The notes under the pieces were generated by a model. The model was not told the DNA's origin. It saw nothing but the letters and a program-made list of their open reading frames with translations, and ran no database searches. A stretch of 64,000 bases of DNA, taken from assembly GCA_043228905.1 (NCBI GenBank), contig JBHGNT010000001.1, positions 30,504,001 through 30,568,000 of the forward strand. Reading direction: 5' to 3'. How positions within the stretch are numbered: the stretch's first letter is position 1; every line of letters begins with the position of its first letter. Below, in pieces: positions 13,540 to 28,765 of this stretch. Made by a program: the position numbers and the translations under genes. This DNA comes from Azolla caroliniana. Its lineage: Eukaryota > Plantae > Polypodiophyta.

Positions 13540-14290
13540 GGAGGAAACAACCATGGGGGGGTATATATTGCCAAACCATTTTGTCATTTCTCTCCACAAA
13601 GACGAACAAATCCTTCCACTTGCCTTAAAAGGATTGTTGTTTCGGAAAAAATGGTATCTTCATTACCAATGAAGGAGTCATATTGACCTTTTAAAATTGA
13701 AATTAGCATCGACCAAATTTCCTTCACACAATGAACAAGATTTTGCTTTATTTGCTAAAACACGTTTTTGCATCGATCTATCCAAATATTCCACAGAACC
13801 ACCGATGATATCATAGCCTAGCATCCACATTCAATCGATTTGAGCTCGAATATCTTAAGTCCTTAACTTGCCTTCCCCTAGTTTGAAGGGTAAATAGTAT
13901 CTTTTCCCTTTCATGATTATGCTTATCCACATTTACATCCATCCAAAAGACATTTCTCCATGTAATCACATTAGGTCCATACGCAACATCAGTGAGACGC
14001 AACATACGTTTCCAAACAGAACATGCAGCCATACAATTCCATAAGGCATGTTGCATTGATTCCAAATGAAACCCAATTGTTGTTCATACATTCATGAAGA
14101 AACATTACAAATTTACAATAAAACATTCTCCCTTGGTTTGAATAAGAGATCTTTAGAATTGCCAAAATGGTGACTTCACCAAACACAATAGTTAATCCCC
14201 TTACCAACAACCAAAACATTAGATCTTGGAACATAATTTGTATGCCAAATTTATATGTGCAAAGTCTATAGCCATCAAAATTTTATGTTG
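13540..14290 (-). mobile_element. Degenerate L1-like LINE ORF2 3' remnant
   Basis: Minus-strand fragment ESMQHALWNCMAACSVWKRM resembles the zf-RVT (E..H....C.....W) motif of plant L1 elements; frames are broken and boundaries approximate. Confidence 0.5.
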
Positions 14291-17057
14291 GATGAGCTAA
14301 ACATGGCTAATTATATTTGGAATCCTCTAGCTTTATTTTCATCTTTCAAGATTCATTTTGCAAGTTTATAGAATTCAAAGTGCCATAGTTCTTATTGATT
14401 TGCTTATCCACTCTACAACTATAAAACAAGATACATGACATTGTAACCAATCATATTGAATATGCAATATTAATGGACTAAGGGATTTCGACTGATATTA
14501 TGAGAGGATAAGGATGTTTTACATTTAGTATAAGCTTACTAGGTTACTAGGTTGGTTATTGTTTTTAAACATGTTTTTAGGATTTATTATTTTGTGTCGT
14601 GTTTGGGATTGTGAAGCAATGATCAAGTTTCAATGATAACATAGGGTTTGATCTGATCTTGATTGCATGCCAATATGAGCACAAAGAAAGCATGTGGTAG
14701 AGTCGTAATCTATAGCATTACGTCCATTAAATGTATAGAAAGATAGTTAATTAGGAGTTTGTGGCAATAATGCAAATTGAGCTATCTTCATATTTGGCAA
14801 AATATCTAAATTAAGAACATTAAAGTTGACATATTGTTGATTGATGATAAACATGAGTGGTAAACGACGCCAAAATATGAAAGGCTTCCAAAGCAATCAC
14901 TTCCTCAAGAGCGGTATAAATTCAAACAACTGAAAAGGGGCTTAATAATGTGGTAGGGTCAATTAGCTATGTACGGATATATAAGCCTAAATATTAGCAC
15001 AAATGCATTGTTCATGATGAATTTCAACATTTTGATTGACCAACTTATCGTGTTCATAATGTTGTCGTTTTGTGTCCATGGTTGTAATACATTCCCCTTT
15101 CTATCGTTTACATCAATGCTCCATGTAAATATTTCAATAGGTTTGACTATTGTGTTAGAATGAAGGGCGATTATGATTTATGCACCTTATGAGATAACAA
15201 CCTTAACTTCTCAAGCAAACTTAGAATTCTACTTATGCCATTTGAGCTTAATATGAGTTGGATGGTACATACACTACAAGACAAGTTAATGAGTCAATCA
15301 ATCATCACGACAACAATCAAGAAATATCCTTTAGTATTTCTTTTCACATATCCCACCTAATATCACGACTCAATTTTGCTATATGCATTGGCCTACGGTG
15401 ATAATATATTAAAGAAATTAAAGTATTTCATGCTCTTTGAAGATGAGTATAAACATGAAGGCTCATGTAACCTTTAGAACCATGCCTTGCAGACACACTA
15501 TTCCCTTTTGGATTTGTTTTAAACACTTGTGGTCGAAATTTACAATAGAAAAACTTCCTTGCACAGGAAGGGGTACGTGTTTGTTCATTTTATATGGATT
15601 GGGGTTCTCATGCATGTGATCATGTTATGTATGCTTCACTTGGCCATAGGGGCTATGACTAAGTTGCTAGAACTTTGCCTTGCAACTGGGTTATTGCGCT
15701 ATATGACCCAACTACACTAGCCTAGGGGGATTAGGAGAAGTGTATGTGATCACTTCACCTATGCTTCATTTGGCCTAAACATAGGGACTATAACTTGGTA
15801 GTTCATTGCATTTGCAAGTGGGTATAAATATTGTATCTCCCACCTAAATTGGTGAATCCAAAGATAGTCTCTATAAAGGCGACTGCATTATGTATAACAA
15901 CATAATATAACACACCACTAAATTAAGGTAATGGAAATTGAATGTTCATAATTGCATTGTGTTTTTTATATGTTGAATATGAAAGTGATGGGGAATATTG
16001 ATTTGCTTCGTGCATATGCAAATTCATGGTATGTCTCAGCTATTGAGGAAGTGCTCAATCAAGGCTATCAAACGAAGGATGCATGGCTAACACAAGACGG
16101 GTTGGGGAAGGATAGTCACTTCCTTTCCATCTATTTTGTATTTTGTAGCGGATATGCCTTTTAAAACTAATGGAAAGATAAGTTTTCTTGAAAAAAGAAA
16201 ATTAAAAAATTGCATTGCGTTTTTAAAGGCTATACTGTCAACATGAAGTTTTGAATCTTTTTTATGAATGTAGATTGTAAGTTAATAAAAGAGTTTCCAA
16301 ATATTTGGTTAGTTTGTAATTATTGCCTAGAAATTTATTATCTTTGTGTCATGAAACAAACACTACAAATTCATAGGCAAGTGAAATGTTCAAAGCTACA
16401 AAGAAGAGAAGAGGAAAAAGCTTTGATGTGGACAATCTTTTATTTGTCATCAATAAACCACTACTAAGCCAAGTGAAATGCTCAAAACTTCAAAGGAAAG
16501 AACACAATAAAAGCACTTCATAGTATTACTCATAGGAAATAACTTTGATGTGAACACTCTTCTGATCTTATCTATGGTTTTAGTTAAGTGGACCTATCAA
16601 CACAAATGTAAGCATATGGTTTTTGTCGTCATTCTAGGATGATGTGTTGAAGAGGAAGAAAACAAAAATAGACAAACATGGCACTTTGGAACAAATTTTG
16701 TCAATATTATGGATGTTGACTTGACATGTACATGACTAAAGAAATTGTTGGGTGGATGGATGTGACATGTTGGTTGCATGTCTGTGGAAGGCAAACAAAC
16801 ATTAGCACTTGCAACACATGAATCCCCATCATTTTTTTACCGATTTGGACTTGGAAAGAGAAAGCATGGGGTGGATAAAAAATACCCCGAGACTTACCGT
16901 GGCAACGCTTCTGTGGATGACGGCACTCACGACATGTGGTTTGACGCCAATTTTTACTCATGCTCACATTGCAAATAGAAAGTGTCATGTGGAGACGTGA
17001 GCCCGGGGGGGTTTTGTCCGACCCACCAATAGTCTCCACTCTTCAGTGTGAAAGCAG

Positions 17058-17094
<37 letters not shown>

Positions 17095-17544
17095 GGCCTA
17101 GCAGAAAGCAATTTCCTATATTCTAGAATTCTTTGTACAATACTAGAATATGCTACACCATAACACGTTTTGTACAATACTAGAACTCTTTTTATCGAAG
17201 TTTTATTTGATTTTCGATGATTGGGTACACACCCCATCGTGTTCTAAACCAATTGTCTCATGGGCCAATTTGGTCATAGAAGACGTTAGATATCTTTCTT
17301 TCTTTCTCTCTCTCTCTCTCTCCCTCTCTCTCTCTCTTTCTCTCGTAGCAGCCTTTGCTACCTATGAAATTTGAATGACAAGTGGCAAGGCTTTTGTCCG
17401 CCCTGTATTTTAACTCTAAGTGTGAAACCTGAATCTCAATTTCTCTCTTTCTCTCCCTCTCTGTACTCCCCAGTTTTTGCTCTGTTCTTTTAATTTTTGG
17501 AAAGAACAAAAAACCATCATATTAATACATATATATTCTTATAT

Positions 17545-20500
17545 ATGAATTCGATTCCCTCTAGCTCCGGTTCTATTCATCTTCCTCCTGGATTCAGATT
17601 TCATCCTACTGATGAAGAATTAGTTCTTCATTATCTGAAGAAGAAGAAGACCTCTTCTATTCCTTTGCCGATCAATTCTATTATCAGAGATATCGATCTG
17701 TACAAGTATGATCCATGGGAGCTCCCAGGTATTTAATTTAATTCAATCAGAAATGATTTACAGATTGATCACCCATCTTTTGACATAAATCATCCGTCAA
17801 CTACTTTGTTTAAATTACCCACAAATAGAGGTGAATTATTATAATTTACCTGTCATCAAATCTTAAATACTCACATGTAGAGATAACTCAACCATGAAAT
17901 ACGTACAACTAGATTTTAATATTGACCTATCATTACCCCTAGTTAGAGTTTAATTACCCATGATTCCGTATATCTCTAAGTATCCACAAATACACACTAG
18001 TCGTGCATATTTATGTTAACATTCTGTTCACTAGGAAGAATCCTCAAAAATCAAAATTTTTGAGGAACCATGAAGATGGAACTCAATAACATCTTGTTCG
18101 ACAATTCGTTGGAGATTTGGATCAGACATACACAAAATAAGTGTTTACTAGGATGATTTGCTACAAAAGGGCATCTTCATTAGTTTTGGAAAACATAGAA
18201 ATGGTTTGGTGGCTATGTGAAAAAACTAGGGTATTTTGGGAATTTTGAAATCTGAGGTATGTGTTTGGTGGTTTTCTGAAAACTTAGAAGTATTCTAATG
18301 ACTTCTCAAGTCTTCGTGGGGATATATTTGGTAGTTTGGAAAATTTGAAAACTCACTATGGGTATTTTAGTGGATTATGGAACAATAGGGATATTCTAAT
18401 GACTTTTCAAAACTTAAACTTAGGGTTGTTATTGCCAATTGGTGAGCATTTGATCTTGTTAATAGGAGTATTATGGAGATTTTTGAGAATTGATCAGGGG
18501 TATTTTTGGGTGATTTTTTGAAGGTAGGGTTATATAGGTGATTGTTGAAAAGTTGAGCACCTTTTAGTTATTTTGGAAAACTTAGGTGTGTGTTCCTTGG
18601 TGTGAGGATTTTTTTCATGTTAGGATGTATTTTGTTGTTTCTAGTCTTGATTAATGGAAAACACTAATATTAATGGTGTTGTTTCTAGATAAGGCAGCCT
18701 TTGGAGATAGAGAATGGTATTTTTTCAGTCCTCGAGAGAGGAAGTATCCAAATGGGGCACGCCCAAATAGAGCAGCCATATCGGGTTATTGGAAGGCCAC
18801 TGGCACCGACAAACCTATCACCACTAGTCAAGGTGGACACAACATTGGAGTGAAAAAGGCCCTTGTCTTCTACCGCGGGAAACCTCCGAAGGGTGAGAAA
18901 ACTAATTGGATCATGCATGAGTATCGAGTCATTGGTAACAACCCAACCCAACATCTTGCTCCATCTCCACTCCATCCACATACCTATTCATACAAGTCTC
19001 TTCAGGTATACGAAAAGATATGTTATTGTTTTGTCAACGTTTTTTGCTGTACTTGAGCTTGAATTGAATTTTCGGATTGTTCAATTGGGTGATGTGCATC
19101 ATAAAGGACCTTTTGAGTGAAAGCTTTGGGTATATGACAAGTCATGCTTGTTTTCTGATTCGGTTGAGGAAGTGTAGCTTGAAGGGACCTATACACACCT
19201 TGATTTCTATCATTTAAATTTCTTAAGACTAATACAATGTCATAGTAAAGTCCAAAAGGTCACAATGAAATGAACTCATTCACCACGCTAATCATTGAAC
19301 TACCATCCCCAAAGCATAAGTTGCTTGATTTCACTAGGTCGAAAATGACATTACGCAAAATTTATGAAGACTAATCCAATGTCATAGTAAAGTTCAAATT
19401 GGGCTACCATCCCCAAAGCATAAGTTACCTGATTTCACTAGGTCCAAAATGACACTACGCAAAAGTTTAGATTGATTTAATGTTGTGGACCTTGTTTTTG
19501 TGTTCTCATGCCTAAGATTTGGGCATCATGGTAGAGGATCCAATATATTTCATTGAGAGTGGTTACATCTATAGGTACTCACAACAATGGTTACATCAAT
19601 AGGTACTAAAAAAATTTAAGCAATGAAATATAAGTTTATGTAAAGAGAGAAAGGTGATTGGTGTGGGATCAACTTTAACGTATCATGGACATGCAACACG
19701 AAATTGTTTTTTGGCATGGGTCAATTGCGCATCATTTGCCTCCAATTGATTTTCATATTTTGGAGTATATTTCTTAGATTTGGCAAGTTTTGTCACATTG
19801 TTATCGAACACCAAGAGAGTGGGCATTTGCCAATTTACATTGGCTGATCTAAATTCGAAGGTTAAGGTATTGGGGAGTGTGTTATAATTGGGATGTGTCC
19901 AATGTGTTCAAGTTTGATGGTAGACATGGAGTTAATGCATTACAGGAGTTGAAGGGAATCTAGTGATTTTGTTTATTGGAGCAAGTTGATGGTTATTGGT
20001 GCTTCAAGAAATAATAGTTTCAAGATGGTCATTGTAGTATTTTTAGATCTATTGATATAATTTTGTTTTTAACAAAATGAGAGAGGGGGTGAAGTGCATG
20101 ATCTGAAAATTAAATCTATATAAATTTGTACAATAGTAAATTTCCATGGTATCTATGCTAAAAAATTCATATACAATAACTTATTTTCTTTTGCAGTTAG
20201 ATGATTGGGTTCTTTGTAGAATATACAAGAAGTATACAAATGGATCAAAGGTTGGGCAATGTGAGGTTGATAGGCTATCTATTGAAGAAGAGTTACCTTC
20301 GCTTTTAGACATCCAACAACATAATACGAATGCCATATCAAAATTCAATGTGTATAATGAAACAGATCCCTTATTAGAGGAAGCCCCACACCAGCAAATT
20401 CAACCTTTAATCGGCTATTCTCATCAATACATGCAACTTGATCAATCATGCTACACAACCCCTCGTAATGGAGCCTTGTTAATGACTTCTCCTCTCCTAG

Positions 20501-20634
20501 ATCCTGATGCCTACATTTTTAAAGGGGCCTCAGTAAACCTTCCAAACCTTAACCAAAAGAACCCTAATCAACTACCTCAACCAATTTCTCTAGAACCTTG
20601 CTACCAATGGTCTTTCAATAATGCACAAAACTAA
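17545..20634 (+). CDS. NAC-domain transcription factor (NAP/NAM-B1-like clade), ~312 aa; exons 17545-17728, 18689-19005, 20197-20634
   Basis: NAC subdomains [85 protein letters not shown] and [10 protein letters not shown]. Canonical GT-AG junctions give a continuous 939-nt frame. Confidence 0.95.
19226..19464. repeat. Imperfect direct duplication (~100-135 bp) in NAC intron 2
   Basis: AAGACTAAT.CAATGTCATAGTAAAGT and CTACCATCCCCAAAGCATAAGTT...GATTTCACTAGGTC.AAAATGACA.TACGCAAAA each occur twice. Confidence 0.8.
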
Positions 20635-22049
20635 AGCAAGCATACACTCATGGACTTTATTCCACGTAGGCAATGTGTATAATGATGGTAGAATACACAC
20701 GTGGATTTTATTCCACATATACAATGTGTATCATGATAGAACTAGCAACATTGGCTTCTCATAGAGAAATTTTGATTTCTGTAAAGCCACAAATGAGGTG
20801 GTGAATATTGTAAAATTGTCATGTGTATTGTGTATAGCCAATAGTAGGATTCTAAAACACAAGTTAGATATTCTTTTAGGTATTGTTTAAGATGAGGCGA
20901 TGAACCTTGTAATATTGCTCTATGTATTATCTATAATCCATGATCAATATTGTAAAACACAAGCTAGGTATAGTTTGGCCTGTTTTAGAGGCTCTATAAA
21001 GACTATTAAAACTCATTTAAAATTTTAATGAAATAGACACAATAACTTCCAAGCTTTTTTGGTGTAAGTCATGGGCCTCACTCTTTTTGCATTATTTCAA
21101 AAGAAAGACAGATCTATTGCACTTTTTTTTAGCTCATTTGCATTTGTATTGGTATATGCTGCAAGGAGACAACCCAACCGAGTGCCCTCAATGTTAGGAA
21201 TAGTGGGTCATAAGACAATCTTCAAGGTAGATAATTCATGGGGATATTGGATATGATGTTGCCTTCCCAAGACAACAGAAAATCATTGCATAAAATCCTC
21301 AATGATATCTACATGACTTGATTCTCCCATCACTTCAAAGGAAATACCAGAAATATCTTATGACTATCAAAGTTATTAATGTGTCGTTCAAAACCGCTAA
21401 GTTAACGTTAACACAAGCAAAAGGATATTGCGAGAACAGCTTTTAAAAACAGAACCATGCATAAATACTTCCACTATTGCATCTCTTCTTCATTTTATAC
21501 CTTCGTTGGACAGAGTGTCCTTTGGAGCATATAGAGAAAGAAATTCAATTTAAGAGCAGTTTGAAGCAAGAAACATCAAGTATTGCACAATACAAGTACA
21601 TGGATGTTTGGATGTCAAAATATCATGTCCAAATGAGATAAATTGCTGACAAAAGCATGTCAAAACATTTATCTACATAAAATAGCAAGATGTGAGGGGT
21701 CAGCCATCAACATGAGGGTGGTCAACATAGTGGGGGTTTTTTAGCTTTTTATATGATATATATATATAGTTACTCTTTTCAATCCTTTTTGATAGATAAA
21801 TAAGATAATCAAATATTTTGAAAACGAGTGTTTTATTTAGTTTTGTGCACGGGTTATGATGAAGATCTAGGAGTTCATATGACTATCTATAACGCAAAAT
21901 ACAAGCATTTGAAGACCCCCAAGAATATTTACAGACACCTCATTTGATATAATTTACAATTTGATGGTGTTGATGGCCAGCCATTTTTTCTCCGACATTC
22001 TTGCATGAAAGAAAAAATTGGGCAGCACAGGGATTTATCGGGAGACCCA

Positions 22050-25000
22050 TCATGGGGTCTCACTGAATATCATTTCCTGCACATCATATGAAATCAATCA
22101 TCAACACAAAACACTTCTTAAGCAGAAACAGATTATATAACAATCGATATCAAACCCGAAAAATTTAACTCTCAAAACAATAGATATGTTGAGGTACGCT
22201 TTAAATACAACCATTATGTGACAATTATTTGTTGACCTTACACCTGAAAATAGGCAACCGTCAATTATGTAAATATCATGTAAACTCACTTCAGTTAGAA
22301 TAGGACTTCAGGTGAAAGTTTATTATTTAGGATTGGAATGTATGTAAAGTGCTTTTGTGCTGAATTCCTGAATCTTCCACTCAAGTTCATGTTGATCCAC
22401 TCGTCAGTCACATTATTATTATTTTCAAAGAATAATGCAATGCCATAGTAGTAAGAACTAGTAGGGCATGCTATTCTGAGGACTTGAAATCCTTATCAAT
22501 GGTAAAAATAATAATGCTGTTCTTAGTAACAAAATTTTCTATCACGGCCAGTGATTTTGAAACTGTAGAACTTATGGGTTTGGATTGAAGAATTTACTTT
22601 AATAATCTAATGAGATTACCATATATCACACCCATTCTGGTGTTAACAAAGTTCAGGATAAGATCTAATACAAAACTACAGATAAGAGACAAAATGAAAA
22701 CAAAGCCCATAAGGAAAATTAAACAAAAACAGAGGATATCACAAGACCAAATACATACATATGTCACATATAATGAAGCTACAGGTGGTACCGCCAAAAG
22801 AAAACAGGCAACATGTCATATATATTTAACTTAATATTATTCCATTTCCCAGATTTATATCTGGATCATTTAAAAACAAAACTAGGGTTGGGAAATAATT
22901 TTCAGTTCAACATTCGATTACATTTTGCAAAAAACAATCAGTTTGAAAATGCAGCACCTCTGTATCCTGAACCAATTCATCCCAATTTTTTTCATAATCT
23001 CTTTAATTCAGCCTTCTACTATAAGGTGTAAAAATAACTTCGCATATAGTCTCATATAGCCAATGTTATTTAAAAAATCAAGAGGAGCTGGAGATATAAC
23101 AGTCTATATCTACCATCTTTTATGTATGGAAATTAAATCATGAACTGTTTATATAGGCACCATATATGAACACCACAACAAAAACAAAACTAATTAAAAA
23201 ATGTGAGTCCCATGCTTTTGAAATGTGTTTTATGTGAGATAAAACTCCTCTTTACTTATTCAAAAGACATGCATAAATTTGAATATTTTAGATTCTTACC
23301 TGATCACAGATGGGACAATATTTGCTCCTTTCCATCCACTCATAGATACAGCCAAGGTGGAAATTATGTCCACATTTGGTACTTATTTTAGGATTCTCCT
23401 TTGTGTAACCTGCAATGAAATTATTTCAAATTTGCACTAGGAACAGAAAGGAACCATAATTTTCAACTACATTTATAAGGAAACACAAAATAGCTGCAAC
23501 GGGTCTGGCTCTAAAACATGTTATTTGATCTATGCAAAATTAAATAGCAATAACTTAATCAAGATTCAAAATTGTCATTTGTACTGAGTGACTCATTACC
23601 ATAGAACTAATTAGGCTTATGTACATATAGGGGATTAGATGTTCCTGTGAATGAAGTAGTCATACTTAATATGCCAGAGGAAATGAAGATATATGCAATA
23701 TGCCACTGGATGAAATGCATCTGAGATAGATTCTTTAAAATAAAGTTGGAAATATGCAACATTACCATCAAGACAAGTAGGACAAATATCCTCATCATCC
23801 CCAAATGACATGACAGATTCCACACGTCCCATTAATTTTGTTGATTGTTGTCTTTTACCAGGTGAATCGCCCTGGTATCCTTCATTATTGTCATCATCAT
23901 AATCCACTCCGTTTCTTCTTTGTATGGTTATCATTTGCTCACCATCATCACCAGTGTTCCTCCGTAGTGGTTCTGATTCTTCACTATGCAATTGGCTTAT
24001 GCCTACTTTCTCACGTCTTGATACCAATCCATCTCTTTGAAGGCGTATATATCTTGGGTCAACATCATATGGTAGTGGCCTAGGGGGCGCTCTATATGTA
24101 TCTGGGGAAGTATCAAGGGCAGTTGCCACAAGTAGACCAGTTGGTGAGGGGGACCCAATGGTTTGCATTGCAGAGACCAACTCACGAGCATCAGAATTCC
24201 GAAATAAAGCACCATACTGTAATAAAGAGAGAACTTAACACCCAGATGGCCACGTGAGGCACACATGTACCTATAAAGTATCTTTATAACAGCCACTGTA
24301 ATATTTAAAAAACATGCTCATTGGCATTCCCTCTTTGAGGTCACCAACTGTTGTAGTTATTAAAAGCAATCATTTTAGCTAGTTATAAAAAAGACCATGG
24401 AAATGAGTACATAATCCAATAGATTCCAGCTACTCAGAACTTGTCTAATTGCTGAAGGACACAAATGAGCATTTCTATACAATCTGGGAATTTTGAGTTT
24501 GTTAATGAAATAGAGAATGTTTAACATGCATACATAGATAAATATATCAGTATGTATATATACCAGAGTTACTTCACACATCTAAGGAAGTGTTAAAGAT
24601 TCCTACTTCTGTTATTATCATGCTTATGCTCAACATGTGACATCCAACACAAACATTGTACATATTGTCATTCCACCCAACGTTTGTGTATAATATATAA
24701 AAATATTTACATCTATGCTTTCCCACGGGGTGTCCATGCTCTTATAGCGACCAAAACTCTGTTTTTAACTTTTTCCAGAAACTTATGCTCCAGACTGTGT
24801 TACTGTGTTTGAGGGTGCAGTTAAGGACATGCAAAATTTAATCAAAATTCTCATCAAACAGAGTAACCAATGATTTGAGCAAAATATTATCCTTAGATTC
24901 CCGTCATGCATAATGCTAACAATAAGTCATTCCATGTCAAGTGAAGATATTATGCAGCATTAAAAAGATCCTTGACAATGTAAACTATTAAACAAATATT

Positions 25001-25249
25001 GCCTGCTATAAAAAATGTTGATAATAATCTAAATAATGCTACCTTCCATTATAATTGGACCCAAAATATCAGGCTGATTATGAGAAGCAATTTTTACAAC
25101 ATAAGAATTTGATGGAAAGAATTTACCACCCTCAAAAAAACGCGTAGGCAGCACCGAAAGCAGAAGCACTGTTGATACATTGATCCGGTTGGGTATGTTG
25201 TAAACTCATCGGCATCTTCCATTCTTGGACAGCAACATAAAGCTCCCAT
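22050..25249 (-). CDS. RING-H2 E3 ubiquitin ligase (At3g02290-like family) with N-terminal acylation motif, ~236 aa; exons 25249-25127, 24216-23766, 23409-23300, 22076-22050
   Basis: Starts MGALCCCP; contains the conserved DTYRAPPRPLPYDVDPRY segment. Spliced RING-H2 reads EDICPTCLDGYTKENPKISTKCGHNFHLGCIYEWMERSKYCPICDQEMIFSETP*. All junctions are GT-AG and in frame (711 nt). Confidence 0.92.
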
Positions 25250-27548
25250 ATCTTTAATGGTTGAAGAGAAAACTGCATTAAGGGGCAACTCATGCAAGAT
25301 AACCTTGGGAATCAATGCTTGAAATTTTCACACTAACAAGATGCAAGGGAACATAAGGGTGTATAGTTTGATTTCAAAGTAAAATCTCTTATCCAAGGTG
25401 TAGTTAGCATCCAGTTTCATTTACACTTGAAACTGTATGGAAAACATTGCATAGCAACAATATGTACGCTGTATTACTAAATAGCATGGTTATGGTAAAC
25501 ATCACAGAGCAACAAGATGTATACTGGATTACTAGTTACCATGCTATAACTGTATTCATCTCTGGTCTAAACTAAACAGCCTATGCTTTCATTATTTTAC
25601 AACACTCTTGGAAGAAACTTGAGAGTGCATGTATAGAAAAGCATACAAATGCTCTAATGTTTTAGCAGCTTTGCACCTGCCATATTTCTTACATATGATT
25701 TCCTGCTTATATTTCCTGATCAAACCGATCAGGTTCTGCATCCTGCAGGAGCAAAGCTCAAACCTCTCAGACTGAAAGGATCCCTCGGCTGCATACATTG
25801 CTGTACCTCCATCTGGAACCTATCGTAGTTACAAACAGCTAGTCTTGCCGTGATTAAGGAAATTTCTGTATTTTCAGACTGAAAAAGGTTTAGTTCTCTT
25901 TCTATTTGGGTAGAAATCACAAATGAGCCATTCAGCAAGTCTAAACAACTGTCTGAATGGTTCATTCAAATTAAAACCACATTGTTTGGACTTCCCTCAT
26001 GATCCAAATGTACTTTAGATTCAGATTTTCCGGTCCATAATTGGTTGAGATCGGCAGGAAGCCGGTGCTTTGTAATATATCATGATATATGTAGTCACAC
26101 CGCTTCATATTTTAGCTACAATATTAGCAAAAATGGGACTGACCCTACCAATACTGACCCTACCAATACTGATTGAGTCTCATACTTAAAGCACGTTTAT
26201 CTAGATATACACACACATATATAATGTCATACATGCATGTGCATGTGTGCATATATGTCTGTCGGTATATGTCTGTGTATATGTTTATGCATGCACGAAT
26301 GCATGTATGTGTATACTCATAAGGATATGATATAGATATGGGAACATTCATATGTGTATATGGACATATTTATATATATGGATATACGCATAATAAGGTT
26401 TCACTTACTTTCCGTATGTCAAATATTCCTCTATCCATATGCAGATGTGTATATGCATATGAGGAAAACTATATATGCATGAGGATCTATGTATATGCAT
26501 ATGCATGTACGTCTATACAATATGCATAATATTTACTTCCCTGATGTTGAGCATTTCATTTATTCAGACATTGTTTATGATAATTTCAAACCCAAATCCT
26601 GTCTCCCTTATATAATCCCTATTCTAGGTGTCAAACGCAAAGAATGAGGAGGGATGGGACAAATTCTGATACATACCTGGTAGGATAGATCAATGGAACG
26701 GAGTAGTTGAGTAGAAGATCTAACATCCCATGATCTCAGAGGAAGAAAGATCAATTCTTTTCATTCAAAAAAAATCCTGTTGATCTCTTCAAAGTTGAGA
26801 GTGAGGATAAGGAAAAACGCTCTTTTTCCTTACCCTTACCCTTCAATCTTAACCTATATGTCAAAACATCTGTATATATAATTTTTGTGCTTTCTCTCTG
26901 TTTCAGCGATCTGTGTGTGTGTGTGTGTGTGTGTCTCTCTCTCTCTCTCTGTGCGTTCCGATCTGTAAAATGAGCAAAGAAGCTATGGTTCTCTCTCTCT
27001 CTCTCTCTCCTTTTTTCTTCTGTCTTTTCTTTCTTTCTCTCTCTCTCTCTCTCTCTCTCTGGTTAATTTGTCAATGTCTTAATATGTTATTTTTATATAT
27101 AATAAAAGGCCTTCCTGTCTTCCCCAGTCTTATTTCTTTCCTTTTCTTCCTCTTCTTCTTCTTCTTCTTTATGCTCATTCTTGACCATCCCTTTACATCA
27201 AAGTTGTGGCAATTTGTTTGCATAGACCCCATCTTTATGTGTGTACTAGTTGGGCAACCCACACATTGGTGTGGGAGACGAACAATGATGTGTCTGACAA
27301 AACAATGAACAATCACACCAAAAGATGGCTACTTACTACTGACTTGCATGGACGAAGGAAGACTTGTGGCGTATGAATGTAGCGGGAGAATCCCCATTAC
27401 CCCGTCTCTACAATTTGGATAGAAGAGTAGAGGCAAAGAATGGGGGAGAGGAAGTGAGATCCTTGGAAGTTTGTTGGATATCGAGTGCCTTTAAAACCCT
27501 TTGGGTAGGTTAAGAGCATTGTGTGTTGAACTTTAAATTTTCATATCG

Positions 27549-27584
<36 letters not shown>

Positions 27585-27666
27585 TCCATTGTTTTTTGCG
27601 TACCAATGAGGATGTTATCAACATGCTCTTGTGTGTGTGTGTGAGTGTGGGTGGGTGGGTGGGTGG

Positions 27667-27697
<31 letters not shown>

Positions 27698-28717
27698 AGA
27701 AAGACACAATTAACGATGAAAATAAATTTTCTTCTCAAGGAAACCCAATTATATGTCCTTTAATATACGACCCATAAATGACATGAGAACAAGGTTTCCT
27801 CCTCTCCTAATACGGACAATCATGATGTATTTTCATGTGTTGGTCGTTAGAACTCTCCAATTCTCAAATAGAGAGTATGAATTGGTGCCTATAAAGAGAC
27901 AAAGAGGCTGGAGGGAGAAGGGGGACATTTTGATAGAAAAAGAGAGAGTGCCCATAATCTATTGCCCATAATTGACATCTAAAGAGAGAGAGAAATAGAT
28001 TTTATTATTGTTTTCGAAGGCCAAATAAGATCTGGAGACAAAGAATACAAACATTTTCATATTATATATGCGAAAGTGAAGAGCAACTCTAAAGATTCAA
28101 GAACTTATTATTGAATGTCACAATTGAGAGTGCACATTGTGCTTGTAAGGGAAATTTGTGCAAGGATTGGCGTGGGTCAAAGATGTGTGGAAAGCATAGT
28201 CAAATACAATCAAAGGGCAAAGGATTGTATCACAATGTGATACTCATAGTCCCGAACTAGAGCGAGAAAGACAATGTTGAAAGGTTATCTTATGAAATAG
28301 GTGCCACATGGATGTGTATAAAGGAAGTTGATTTGACAAAGAGTTTATATATGGCACATGTTATATGTGTGGCATTAGTGGGCATGTTGTACAATGGATG
28401 GGGAGAGAGAATGTTCACACAAAAAGAGAGAAAAAACCCATCACCCACTACTTGGCACAAAAATCATTCTAGAATGGAAAAAGGTCGATCTCAAACTAAA
28501 TGAGACCATCAGAGGGAGGGAACTCACAAAACCTCAACCATGCAAAGAGAGAGAGAGAACTCTGCAAGGTCACATATCATCATATTCGACATTTGAATTG
28601 GTGTGTATGGTGGGATTGAGTTTGTAGTTCTAGTATTTAGACCCCTCGGAGGGTTCTATACTTTGTTGTTAGTTATGGTGGTGCTTTTTTTTGTTATGAA
28701 AGCCATTATTTACACAA

Positions 28718-28765
<48 letters not shown>
